Shown here: in pieces, positions 22,071 to 32,989 of the stretch
Layout of the letters: every line of letters starts with the position of its first letter
Numbering within the stretch: the first letter of the stretch is position 1
NCBI GenBank assembly: GCA_000091205.1
Contig: AP006495.2
Source of the DNA: Cyanidioschyzon merolae
Lineage: Eukaryota
Strand: one strand, 5' to 3'
Length of the DNA: 64,000 nucleotides
Program-made: the position numbers and the translations under genes
The notes under the pieces: model-generated
The model's input: only the letters and a program-made list of their open reading frames with translations
Databases searched by the model: none
Told to the model about the DNA's origin: nothing

Positions 22071-23501
22071 ATGCGGTTCGGCGGAGGCAGAGCGTCGCGC
22101 AACAAGTCGCGGACGTGGTCCCGTTCCCGATGGCGGCGGCGGAAACGCTCGGTGTACGCGCAGTCGTACCGCGGCGGTGGCGAGGGCACGTCCGCTGCTG
22201 TGGGGCTCCTGGACGTCACGAACCGGGACCGTGGTCTCTATGTTTTACGCATGCCTCGCTTTCTCGGCGAGATTCTTGACAAGTGCGCTGAGAGGGAGTT
22301 GCAGGCTGCTGTCGAACTGGGAACGGGGGCAAAAACCGCGCTACCGCCTGGAACGGGGACGGTCATCGGGCGCCTACGTGTCAGCTCCGCCCTGAAACCT
22401 TTTGAAGACGGGGCAGTCAGTTCCCACGAGGCTGCCCGAGCACCGAATTCGGGCAACGTTGTTGCGCAGGTGATCCTCGATGAACCGGTTCTTCGGTCAC
22501 ATGTACCAGAGAGTTGGGAAGAGGCCGCATCAGATGCAGTTGAACGGAACCAAATTCCAACGAGATACGATCTTCGGATATACGAAGAGAATCCTAACAT
22601 GCAAGTCTTTTCAATAGACTCAAGCGATCCATACGCGCCTGCACGGCTTGAAGGGACGGTTCTAAGCATCGGTGGTCTGCAGCCTCGTCTGGATGACGCA
22701 TTGCGAGCAATGCACCGCCGTCGTGCAACGATGCATCAGACAACGGTACGCAAAGCGGGTAAGCGAATTCGATCCATCTCTGACGCTGACCTGCGCCAAG
22801 AAGAGCTGAAACGTCTTCGCCCTGATGCAGAATCGCAACCGGCACTCGTCTCCGGACTGATGGCGAGATCCGCAAGCAAAGCTAGTGGCGAAACACCGGT
22901 TTCCGGTCCGGCATTCATTGGCGTACGGAGAGCGGCGCAGGAAATAGAGTCTCAGTTCGCGCGTCAGATCGAGAACCGCCTGCAGACGCGATTACTCAGG
23001 CGGGACGCCAGCTCCCGGGCTATTGTTGACGCAAAAGATGAAAATGAATGGCGTGAGTCCGTCACGACGCGCGTTTTCCGTCTCTTCGAGGAGCAGTTCT
23101 GGTGGCGCCTTCAGGACCTGGCGGAGAACTTACAGATCCCGGCAGCGCGATTGAAGCCAGTCATCTCTGAGCTGTGTGATTATAACCAACGTGGACCATA
23201 TCGAGGAATGTACAGCTTGAAAGATCATCTGAAGACCGAGAATCAGCGAGCGATGATGGATACACTCTTCCAGCGTCGCGCGGCCGAACTGGAAGCCGCT
23301 CGTCGCGAACGGGACCAGGAGCGGGAGAACCGTCGCCGTGAACGCGAAGCTGTAGAGCGTGCGGCGAAACGTGCACAGCTCGTTGCAGAATCCGATTATG
23401 TGGATTCTCTTATCCAGCGAGACGGCGAAACGGACCTGGGAGAGCGCCAGGACGGTGACGATGGGGAGGCATCGGATGTCGACTACCTGGATGAATCGTG
23501 A
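22071..23501 (+). CDS. general transcription factor IIF beta subunit (Tfg2/RAP30-like)
   Basis: The N-terminal region LLDVTNRDRGLYVLRMPRFLGEIL resembles RAP30 LDLTGAKQNTGVWLVKVPKYLSQQW. The C-terminal winged-helix region FRLFEEQFWWRLQDLAENLQIPAARLKPVISELCDYNQRGPYRGMYSLKDHLK resembles ...KEILKEIGVQNVKGIHKNTWELKPEYR. Acidic tail. Confidence 0.6.
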   Translation: MRFGGGRASRNKSRTWSRSRWRRRKRSVYAQSYRGGGEGTSAAVGLLDVTNRDRGLYVLRMPRFLGEILDKCAERELQAAVELGTGAKTALPPGTGTVIGRLRVSSALKPFEDGAVSSHEAARAPNSGNVVAQVILDEPVLRSHVPESWEEAASDAVERNQIPTRYDLRIYEENPNMQVFSIDSSDPYAPARLEGTVLSIGGLQPRLDDALRAMHRRRATMHQTTVRKAGKRIRSISDADLRQEELKRLRPDAESQPALVSGLMARSASKASGETPVSGPAFIGVRRAAQEIESQFARQIENRLQTRLLRRDASSRAIVDAKDENEWRESVTTRVFRLFEEQFWWRLQDLAENLQIPAARLKPVISELCDYNQRGPYRGMYSLKDHLKTENQRAMMDTLFQRRAAELEAARRERDQERENRRREREAVERAAKRAQLVAESDYVDSLIQRDGETDLGERQDGDDGEASDVDYLDES

Positions 23502-25691
23502 TCGATGGATAATGGGGTTGAGTTGCTCTGCGATGCGCATACGATGTCAATTTCGAAACTGCACCCGTGTCCATAGTGCTACCGGCTTCGTTCGGAAGCT
23601 GATCTCGACAGAACATACTTCGATGCGAAAACGCTGATAGGCCGTTCGCAAGAGCTAGACGTGCTCTGCTGCAGGTGTTTCTTTGTCTCGAGGGCGGCTA
23701 CGGCGACGCGGCTGCCCCGCTTTTATGTGCCTCTTGAAATTGAATGTTGCAGGTCGCACTCGGATGAAAAAGTTCAGGCAGACTAGACCCACAAGATCGT
23801 CGTGGATGCACACTATTGGGGCAACTCCGTCTGCTTCATGGTGCGTTTTTCCGCCAAAGTTCCACAGATGCTTAGCGCACTGAACTGCTCTCGTGATCGA
23901 GTTGTATCAGGGCCCCAGCACAGTACTTGACTGAATCTGCAGCTTCCGCCCTGGATCGGAACGGGAGGGTCTTAGCGCATTCTATGCTGCACCCTTTCCA
24001 GAGCCTAGTTCGATGAAGAGAGAACACTCAACTGCTCCATCTGTTACTGCCTTGCGATTTTTCTCCGAACTTTTTCTTCGATGTAGATTCTCGGCATCTC
24101 AAGCAGAGCAACAAGCATGTATGGACTGGTGCGTATTCTTAGGATGCCCGGTCGTTTTTGTCCGTGTCTCCTGCGACGCGTAGCTGCTGGAATCTGTTAC
24201 ATCACCCGAATCAAGATGTGTCGCGACGCTCTTGTACATGAGTTCGCAAACTACCCGATATTATCATCCACTTCTTGCGTAGAAGCCTCCACTCTTCTCC
24301 TTTCATTTCATACAGCATGCATAAACCACGCATTCTCCAGTTTTTCGATTTTCTGTTTCAAGGAAGGTCCTGGACGCGGCAATCTGCACCGCTGGGTTGA
24401 CGACAGAAAAAAATTGAAGTCTTCCTTTGAAGACTTCCGCACAAGCTCAAGTCGAAAGTTCAGTGAATTTGTCCCGCCGAATAATCGATTCCGTTCGAAA
24501 GACAATTCCAGCTCTCTTTGTGGCCATGGACGAAAAGCGCGCGACTGCAGCATGAGGCGCCTCTCGGGATACGCCCCCGGACGCTCCCGTCTCTTCGCTT
24601 TCCATGGACAGGGGTCTTTGACGAGGAATCCCGGCATTGCAGCGATCGCTTCGAGTGGAGAGTGCGTCCTCGCGTCGTACGAAGTGAGCGAACAAGGATC
24701 GAAATTTCGTGGCTCTTTCTGCAGCCGGAATTCGCGTTCCGCTACTTTTTTCATCATGGGCAGTATTGTATGCCAAACGCCCTCTATCGAACGCGATGGC
24801 ATGCGTTTGCCTCTACAGAGGACAGGTTTCTCGTCTAGGGTATCGCATAACAGAAGCTAGTGGTAGTCGGAGATGGCGTCGGACGCGGGAATAAACCTTG
24901 GCACCGAGGCGAGCTTCCTGTTCCCGTCAAGAGCATGCACTGAGTGGTGAACCAGGCGTTCGGGCACGAAAAAAGTCCTTTCAGACGATACGTTATGGTG
25001 GACATGCGGGAACAGCAGACAATAACAAGGTGTCAACGTTGCGAATGGCGCACCGAGGCTGTGGACAAAGGCCATGAGCAACGCAAGCGAAGCATAGATT
25101 GCGGCTTCCAGCTTTGCATGAAGTGCATCGACAACAACCGGAAGCTCCAAAATCGAGTCTTGAGGCTGCTGTCAACATCGGTCGACTGGTGACATCGAAT
25201 CTGGATGGCAACAGGAGACACGCGTTTTTCTAAAGCCGGACATGAGCGACAGCAATCGAAGCAGTCTCGGAAATATCTCGCAAACGCTGCTGTTACTGAC
25301 GATGAAAAGGGACCCAAACTTTAGTTTGTACGTCCATGCTAGGTGGCAGGACCAGTTTCATTTTGACCTGGCACGGGTGAAGCAGATAGAGTGCATTTCC
25401 GGGTAACGCAGTTCGATCAGTGCGAGCATGCCCACCCTGGCCGAAAAGAACTCGCGATGAGGTATCCAGTTTGAAACTACGGACCTCTGTTGGGATACGC
25501 TTGCCTTGCATGCGTTAGACAATCTTCGATGGTTTCTTGGCGAACTTCCATGCAGTTGATTCGTCTGGACCCTGGCATCGGGTCTGAGGCAGTTTCAACC
25601 AGTCGCGATGGCGCAGACAAACTTGGCGGGTAGTTTTTAATTTTGCTTCAACTTCGCGTGCGGTGTTGGCACTTGTGTGAGCAGCGGTACC

Positions 25692-27974
25692 ATGCACGCC
25701 TCCCATAAAGTGAACCACTTCTTAAAATATCTGGTTCTGACATTTGCTTTCGTTGTGTTGTGTTCCCTTCAGCCGAAAAGGCCTTGTGGTGGCAGCGATG
25801 TTGTTCGATTGCGTGCCTATCAACGAAACTATGGAAAGCTTCAGCCGCTTCACCTCACTGTGCGTCCTGGACACGTTCTCACCTCTTGTCGACACTTCTG
25901 TACAGATGAAGGCGTTTGTCGACCAATCAAGTTCGAGCAAAGGCGCTTGCGATTTCTGGAAAAGTTCTGTGGCGAACAGCGTGTTGCGCTGAGCGGCCCG
26001 GCTCTGCTGTTTCTCAAGCCTTCGCGCTTTACGCTGCAGTGTTCGAAAACCGCGAACTCTTTTGAGGTGCTATCCCAGGGTCCTATGTGGCTCGATGTGC
26101 ACCGCGTAAGGATGATGAGTGGAACGGATAGTCCCACAGCGGTAAGCCAGCACACGCGAGCATCTCCTGCTAACACGGGACCTTTCGATACCAATCGATT
26201 TCGTCGGGAAAACGCGAGCTCAGAACTCCTAGTTCATTATGTCTCAGATCCGCTAAGTGTGGGAGAGTCGCGATATTTCGTATCTCACATCGAGTTTCGG
26301 ATTTCGCAGCTACCAGAGGTGCACGACGCTATGCGGAACGCATCCGCTGGAAACCGTAACTCGGCTCAGGCGGTCTCTGTTAGATTCGTGCCAACGGATC
26401 CGAACAAGGATCCGCGCCCTTACCTAGTCGACCCTGTCATGAGTCGGCAAGTGGTGCACGCGTGGTCCTGCGGCAATGAGGCAGCGAGCCGCAAGTTGCA
26501 AGCCTGCGCGCATTACATACCACAACGGCGCTCCGTGGGCGAACTCGCTTCTCTCTGGATGCTCATCCTCGGTGTCATCATCTTAGCTGGCCAGAATCAT
26601 TATCGGGGCGCCCGGCGGGAGTCCCCGAGATCACTCAAGAGCACTCCACAGGGTCATAACTGGTCCCGCATCTCGCGGCAGAGGGCGTCATCGCTTGATG
26701 ATGGCGTCCATCACATCCCTGTCGACTGCGAGCACGGGGTTCATCGGGGTCTTGATCGACCGGGGTCGACCGTTGCGCGTGCTTCGCACGTTTCCGACAC
26801 CTCAAAACCTCTGGAATCTGCAAGTGCTTTCGGGGTATCCACTGCGAATACCATCGAGGCTCCTCGCGATTCTGATATGCATGCGACATGTGCCCGAATC
26901 CCCACTCCAGCATGGGCGTCGCGCACTTTCCTCATTTTGTTTCTCATCCTGCAGAATTCTGCAATGGCGTTTTTCTACTTTATTGGTATTTTTTGTCCTC
27001 CCTCCTCTTGTGTGAAGCTTGTCGCGATCGATGTAGCCACGGCACTGGCATGCAGCGTTGGTGCCGCTTGCTGCACAGAGCTCTGGAGTCTCGTCTGCTG
27101 GATCGACTGCGAAAGCGGCAACGAGCGGGCCAGTATCGGCGAGGCCCAGGATGTACCTCTCGAAAAAACGCCTCCGGATGTGTCTGCACATGCCGCGAAT
27201 GTTGAACCTATTGCTGCGAGCGTTTCCAACGGGAAGCGCGCGCCCCTCACGGACAATTATTCACCTGGGGCGGGTTCGGCTGAGCCTTGGAACGAGTCCG
27301 CTAGCAAAGGCAGCATCTTCCGTACGCAGTGCGGTGCGCTGCCGCGTCTTGCAGCGAGACACTCGGAACGACTGCGACTTCTGGAGCGACTCAATTTCAA
27401 TCCGCTCATGCTGTGGTTTTTTCGAATTTTTCAGTGGAAACGCTCCACTTTTTGGTTGATACGGGATACAAATATCATACCATGCTGGTTTACGGGCCCA
27501 GTTATATACTATTTGGGCTTGCGCCTGTTGATCACGCTGTTGCTTTGGAGTGGAGAGCCTTCGCGCCCGGAGGCACTGTTCGTTAACCTCCAAGCCATGA
27601 TTCCAGTTTTCTTGGGGTCAAGTTTAGGTGCAAAAGTCGCCCGTTCGATTCGCTCCAGACAAGTTCCTAGGTGGTTCTCAAAGGTGCAACAAACGGAAAT
27701 CTTCCAAGTTTCACCCGCGCGCATACTGCAGGTATGGTTTCTCGTTGATGTGCTTCTCAACGGCTGGTTTTATCCCGGTGCGGGTAGACCGTTACCGTTT
27801 ACACTGATTTTTCGTTTGCCGCGGGCCTGTGCCGGTGATTTTTTGGACAATTTAACAGAGTATTCGAACAGTGATGAAAAGTTATACCTGGCTGCCTATC
27901 AGCTTTTGCCTTGGTACGGTTGGAATGCTATATGCAAACTTTTTGCGGCCTTGGTTCTTTTCGTGGAGGCTTGA
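25692..27974 (+). CDS. hypothetical multi-pass membrane protein with an N-terminal signal/anchor
   Basis: First ATG at 25692 (the track start is a GTG). A hydrophobic N-terminus (FLKYLVLTFAFVVLCSL) is followed by a ~400-aa soluble region, then several C-terminal hydrophobic helices. No family recognised. Confidence 0.45.
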   Translation: MHASHKVNHFLKYLVLTFAFVVLCSLQPKRPCGGSDVVRLRAYQRNYGKLQPLHLTVRPGHVLTSCRHFCTDEGVCRPIKFEQRRLRFLEKFCGEQRVALSGPALLFLKPSRFTLQCSKTANSFEVLSQGPMWLDVHRVRMMSGTDSPTAVSQHTRASPANTGPFDTNRFRRENASSELLVHYVSDPLSVGESRYFVSHIEFRISQLPEVHDAMRNASAGNRNSAQAVSVRFVPTDPNKDPRPYLVDPVMSRQVVHAWSCGNEAASRKLQACAHYIPQRRSVGELASLWMLILGVIILAGQNHYRGARRESPRSLKSTPQGHNWSRISRQRASSLDDGVHHIPVDCEHGVHRGLDRPGSTVARASHVSDTSKPLESASAFGVSTANTIEAPRDSDMHATCARIPTPAWASRTFLILFLILQNSAMAFFYFIGIFCPPSSCVKLVAIDVATALACSVGAACCTELWSLVCWIDCESGNERASIGEAQDVPLEKTPPDVSAHAANVEPIAASVSNGKRAPLTDNYSPGAGSAEPWNESASKGSIFRTQCGALPRLAARHSERLRLLERLNFNPLMLWFFRIFQWKRSTFWLIRDTNIIPCWFTGPVIYYLGLRLLITLLLWSGEPSRPEALFVNLQAMIPVFLGSSLGAKVARSIRSRQVPRWFSKVQQTEIFQVSPARILQVWFLVDVLLNGWFYPGAGRPLPFTLIFRLPRACAGDFLDNLTEYSNSDEKLYLAAYQLLPWYGWNAICKLFAALVLFVEA

Positions 27975-28789
27975 GTTTCCCCTTCACTGACTTGCCGGAT
28001 TGCATTATCATCATTGAAGGCAAGGCCTCCGCGGAGCAATATTTGAAACGCCATCTGCAGCATCCTCAAGGATGCTACTGCTAGTGATTCCGTCATGGGG
28101 GGCGCTGCCAGCTTTCCGGTAGCTGTGATGCCTGCAACTTTGCTGGTACTCTGTTCCCTTGATGCATGATTGGAGCGAATCTTCGGTTTGTGTACGTTAG
28201 CGAGCATGATGAGATGCCACGTGCACTGCGCCTGCGTCGGTTTCATGTTATGTGGAGGCTTTGAGGATCAGAATGGATGTGACGGCCATGAAAGCAAATG
28301 TGGCATCCTAGAATTGCGATGGAACGCAAAAGAAACGATGCCTAGTGCTGACCTCCCAAAGAGGAAACGGCAGAGGATGCTGGCAGCTCCTTTGCGATGG
28401 TGCCAGACCTTGATGGACATTTGATCCACGGGTTATCCCTACCTAGTGATAAACGACTTGTCCGTGCCAGTGGAACGAAGACTCCAGCGTGCTTGTATAC
28501 GTTTCATAATCTTTCACCTACATTGTGTTCCGGCCCTAGGTGGGTGTAATCAAATGCTTTTTCGAGGTTTATAGCAGATTCGCTCGAAAGGCGTTCTTTT
28601 TCAGAAATCGAAAATCTACAAAATGGTTTGGACGTGGAAATTGGGGGTCCCGGAGTTCCGTTGTCCCCGAGTTCAACAAAAAAAGGAAAAAATCCTCTTC
28701 TCGCCAACCTCGCAGCGAAGAAGAGCATGTTACGAAGATGAAGATTGTGACGAGACTGTAGTGGGACAGAGGGTACGAGTTCGAGGAAT

Positions 28790-29060
28790 TCTCCCACTAC
28801 TGTGTTCAACTGGCGGGAAGAAACGCAACGAGTTTGTGAACCGGGACTTCAATGCCGCCATGAATATCAGACGATGCACGGCGAAGCCGAGACCCGACCA
28901 GCCCACGCGAGCCAACTCTGTTGGGCAGCCTCTCAGGCTCGACGCGCAAAAGTAGAAGCTGAGGGCGATTGCAGGGGGCCCGCCAAGAACGGCTGGGAGG
29001 CGTTTGTGACTGGATATCCATTTACCCTACAGCTGCGAAACTTTTTCGCTCCGTTGAGCT
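28790..29060 (+). mobile_element. solo Fanzor 3' fragment
   Basis: Translation reads GGKKRNEFVNRDFNAAMNIRRCTAKPRPDQPTRANSVGQPLRLDAQK, followed by a tail containing ggctgggaggcgtttg. It overlaps the antisense strand of the 3' end of the TMEM53-like gene region. Confidence 0.6.
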
Positions 29061-29257
29061 TGCAGACCCTGCGCATCCCAACTGGACTCGAACCTAATAT
29101 CGATGTATCCAGAAAGATTAGGGGCGCATTAAAAGTACAGAAGAAACGCTCGTCCATGCAGAAACGTCGCGGAGGATCGCCCTAGTCGCATTCTGCAACG
29201 TGGCCGAGTAATCTGGTCGGAGATATTGCCCTGTTGTCTCTGGATTTGCAGCAATCT

Positions 29258-30661
29258 TCATTTTGCTGCTGCTGGTGCTGCTGTTATCGAAGTCGGATTA
29301 GCCTTCGACTCGGAATCGCCGGTCGCCTCATGCAGTTTGTCGAGCATGCCGCGCATGCCGACCTCAACATCACTCAAAGCTCGCTTCAAAAAGCTCTCCA
29401 CTTGTGCCTTGTACTCTTCGGGATGCACTTTGAAATGTGTGGCATGTTGGCTCTGTTCCCAAACTTTTTGGTAGACCTCCAGCCCCCGACGTCTCTGAGC
29501 ATCGATGTACTCACGCACGCTCTTGTCAAGGTCTTTCACAATGCTGTCATCGAGGCTGTAGAGGTAGAGTTGCGGAACGGATGGGAGTTGCACGTTTTGC
29601 AGGGCGTGTTCCGCTGCCCGGAAACCCTCAGCAACATTCAGAAATCGAAACAGAGCTTCCGCAACAGCATTCCAGACACGGTACCCCACTTTTGGACAGG
29701 CTGCATAGAGACCTTGGGCTAGAGAACTCGCCTGCATGTGTCCTGGTCCCGAATCGAATATCACTCCTCGGATCTGCCGCTGGAGTTTTCGACCCATATC
29801 CTCTGTGACGTACTGGCCCCGCTGAATGATGTCTAGCATATAGCCGTAGATTCCTGTGCCAATAGAAAACGAATGGACCACTATCGGTCTATTTTCAGGG
29901 ATTTCGTCCATTAAATGTAGCACACGCAGTGCTTGTCGTCGCGAGAAGGCCGGAATCAACGCCGTCTGGAGACCATTAAACAACGTGATCACATCGTAGC
30001 CACGGTCTCTGTACCACTCTGCGTATTTCACCATATGTCGCTGCTGTGCACCGAGCCACGACAACAAAATAACAACGGGTCGTTGCGAGTCGCCAACAAA
30101 GGCTGCTGCATCTACGACGGAGCCCGCAACGTGCCTCCTCGTATGCGGATTTTCATTGAATTGCGTCGCCAGTAGTACCGTCCCGAACAGAGAAGCACGG
30201 AGACATTCCGGGTTTGTGTCACCTAGTCTTCGCCAGATACAGAAGAGCAAGGCCCCCAGTTGCGTCAGAAGCGAGAGTGGTCCATTCTCGTCGTTCCCGT
30301 CTGGTCTTTCGTTACGACCTCGGCCGCCGTCGCTACCACCGCCGCCGCCGCTGTGGCCACTGTTGCCGCCGTATCCTCCACCACATAAACTTGCTAACGG
30401 GCTCTCAGTCCCAGATGCGGATCCTTGCGTCCACACTTTCGGGTTAAACGGCAAAGAAGCACGTTTTCGCTCTAGCACAGTGCAGAGGGCGTGACTCCGA
30501 GGTTCTTCAGCAGAACGTTGTACGACGTGACAGCGCGGAAGCGTTGCAAAGCTCGTTCCTGACCTCGCTCGCCGAACACTGGTGCAGTTCCTCCTCCTAA
30601 TCAAAAACTTCTCTGAAGATACAGCCCCCGAAGGAGTGAATGCGACTCGCAAACACGCCAT
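29258..30661 (-). CDS. TMEM53/DUF829 family alpha/beta-hydrolase-fold protein
   Basis: PVVILLSWLGAQQRHMVKYAEWYRDRGYDVITL matches TMEM53 [28 protein letters not shown]. Also IRGVIFDSGPG, QLYLYSLDDSIV and HATHFKVHPEEY. Gly-rich N-terminal region. The first ATG is at 30661 (the track start 30709 is a TTG). Confidence 0.75.
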   Translation of the reverse strand: MACLRVAFTPSGAVSSEKFLIRRRNCTSVRRARSGTSFATLPRCHVVQRSAEEPRSHALCTVLERKRASLPFNPKVWTQGSASGTESPLASLCGGGYGGNSGHSGGGGGSDGGRGRNERPDGNDENGPLSLLTQLGALLFCIWRRLGDTNPECLRASLFGTVLLATQFNENPHTRRHVAGSVVDAAAFVGDSQRPVVILLSWLGAQQRHMVKYAEWYRDRGYDVITLFNGLQTALIPAFSRRQALRVLHLMDEIPENRPIVVHSFSIGTGIYGYMLDIIQRGQYVTEDMGRKLQRQIRGVIFDSGPGHMQASSLAQGLYAACPKVGYRVWNAVAEALFRFLNVAEGFRAAEHALQNVQLPSVPQLYLYSLDDSIVKDLDKSVREYIDAQRRRGLEVYQKVWEQSQHATHFKVHPEEYKAQVESFLKRALSDVEVGMRGMLDKLHEATGDSESKANPTSITAAPAAAK

Positions 30662-31799
30662 TCGCACAAAGACCTCGGCTTTCACGGAACAGAGCACTGT
30701 CGCTGTCAACCAGACGAACTAGTTACGTTAACCGCAAAAACCAATGTCTCTGAGTAATAACCCTCGATACTTCTAAGGAAACTTCTAAGAATCCCTAATT
30801 AACAGTGTGACAAAGCGCTCCTGGTGCGCGAGTTACGTCTCTGCGTCACTATTCCCACGAGTTTTTCCGTATGAGTTCAAGCACTTACTCACAAATGCGT
30901 ATTGGAACGCGCGCACGGCGGTGAATGGTGCCGCGCACCTCCGGTCGCGTGCGTGCCTCGCCAGCCAGTCCGCAGGGATATAAAGTTTCTATACATACAT
31001 GTTTATACAAGATCTCGCACCCTCGAGAGACGCCGATCACTCTTGGAAGTTATGGGTATGTATGATCATGATTAATGTCGAGCATACGCTCTGCGAGCCT
31101 GCTGCCTCTGTCGGCTCGACGCTGGCGGGTGCATCGCAGATGCTAGGGCCGCGAGTCTGGAATACACGCTCCTGCCGCGTGTCGCACTGAAATGGAACGC
31201 TGGACTGCTCGCTCCGTTCCTGCAAATAGGTTTCTTCCGAGTTGTTTCTCGTTGTTCAGGCTCGATATTCTTAGTGCAATATTGAGGGTTTATTACTTTC
31301 ATAGATGATTTTAGAAATACCAGTAGGCTTTCGATTTGGCTCCAGTGGCGCTTTCCCGCTGGAATCCGCTACATCTCTGTGATGTAAATGATTCGCGACG
31401 CTCCCGAACCAGTGCTCAAAAAATAACGGATATCGTTGTTTTATGCATAAATACATGCTCCGACTCTTCTCCTTTACTTACATATACGATGACTCAATCA
31501 CGTATTCTTCAATTTCACGATCTTTCCGTTCGAGGCATGTGATGGGCGCAGCGATCCGCGGTGCAGGATCGACAAAGAGAAAACTCGATGTCGAGCTTCA
31601 GGACTAGTTCATGGGCTCGTGTCCAAAGTTCACTGAACGTCTGACGTCAGAGAATCGATTTTCTCGAAAAAATTATCCTCCGCTCTTTGCGGTCATCGAC
31701 GAACCTGCCTTCGACAACAGTATGATTCATCCGAGGGGATATGCTCCAAAAGGCTCCCGTCCCCTCAGTTCCATCGGGAAAGAGTCTTGGACTTGGACT

Positions 31800-32110
31800 T
31801 GAGTCACCAATCGCAAAATCGTTGCAGAGCTAATTGCCCTGTAATGCTTCGTGGAACGAAAAATGTCCAACGACCATGGAGGGTACATGTATCTACCCTC
31901 TCGCAGACGCTTCCCAGCTTGTATTCGACCTGCCCCCAACTATCGGCTTCAGCTTCCCTTTGTCCGCTTGGAGCCTGAGAGGCCATCCCCCGAAGTTGGC
32001 TCGCGTCAGCTCCTCGGGTTTCGTCTTCGGCACGGCACACCGTCTTTTATTGATGGCGGTGTTGAAATCTCAGTTCATGAACTCCATGTGTTACCTGCTG
32101 ATGGTTGAAC
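31800..32110 (-). mobile_element. solo Fanzor 3' fragment (degenerate)
   Basis: The plus strand is antisense to the Fanzor C-terminus (antisense ORF LPFVRLEPERPSPEVGSRQLLGF... mirrors those of other copies). The tail motif gcagacgcttcccagc...cgacc is near 31886-31910. Confidence 0.5.
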
Positions 32111-32989
32111 CCATCAGTGCTTAGATTGCTAGAACTCGCGCCCTCGGCGCCACTAAAGTCTCGTCATCGCCCCGTCGCGCAGAAAGCTTTTTCTCCGATC
32201 TCCCCTTCTTCTTCTTTACTGGCTCATCTGCTATTGATGATCGGCGAGAAGAGGATTTTTTCGTTGTTTACCAGCAGTAGGCGGCAATGACGGCACTCCG
32301 GAATCCCCCACTTCCATGGCCAAACATTTCCTTTAGATTTCCTATTTCTTCAAATGAACGCGCTTCGAACAAATCTCCCGTAAACTGCGAAAAAGCATTC
32401 AATAGCATCCACATGGGGTGGAACATAATTAAGGTACTCCAAACCTAGACTGTTGCGCCTGGGCGTGAGCAGCCTGCGAACAATTTTACGCTGAGTTATC
32501 TGTTAAAGTCTTGGACTGATCCTGTGTGAAAGATAGTTGGTTTCAGAGCTTGCTGCGGTACGAAGATCGTGACCGAAAGTCAGGAAGGTTTGCGTTAGTC
32601 GCTTCGGCGTTTCACAGTACCCTTGATAAACGTTGGGCTGTGTCGAGGTATGCAATCGTAAGCGTTCCTGTTCAGCACCTCTGGAGCACCTGTTTTGGAT
32701 TTGGTCTCAGCCAGTAGGAGCTCTCGCAAAACCACAGAGTTGAGCGACCATAATTTAATGTGAGTTGCGGGAGCCGTAGTTTTCGTCCGCAAAATTGCCA
32801 TCAACCACGAACGACGCACTCGCTTAGGACCTCTTTTGTGTAGACTGGACAACAGCATCAAAGCTTGGGAATAAGGTTGTGCTGTATCCGGTCGAAAAAG
32901 TGCACGGCGGCGTCTCCGAAACGGCCACCAGGTTGCCTCCTTTCGTGAAAACTCTCGGACTCGCCGGGCATAACACCGAAAGAGGATCT

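Noticed and set aside
29030-29110. tRNA-like T-loop (GGTTCGAGTCC on the minus strand near 29085)
   Set aside because: The flanking bases do not form a T-stem or acceptor stem (mismatches at 49:65 and 51:63), and the stretch lies inside a Fanzor tail fragment. I cannot reliably detect any tRNA in the window by eye.
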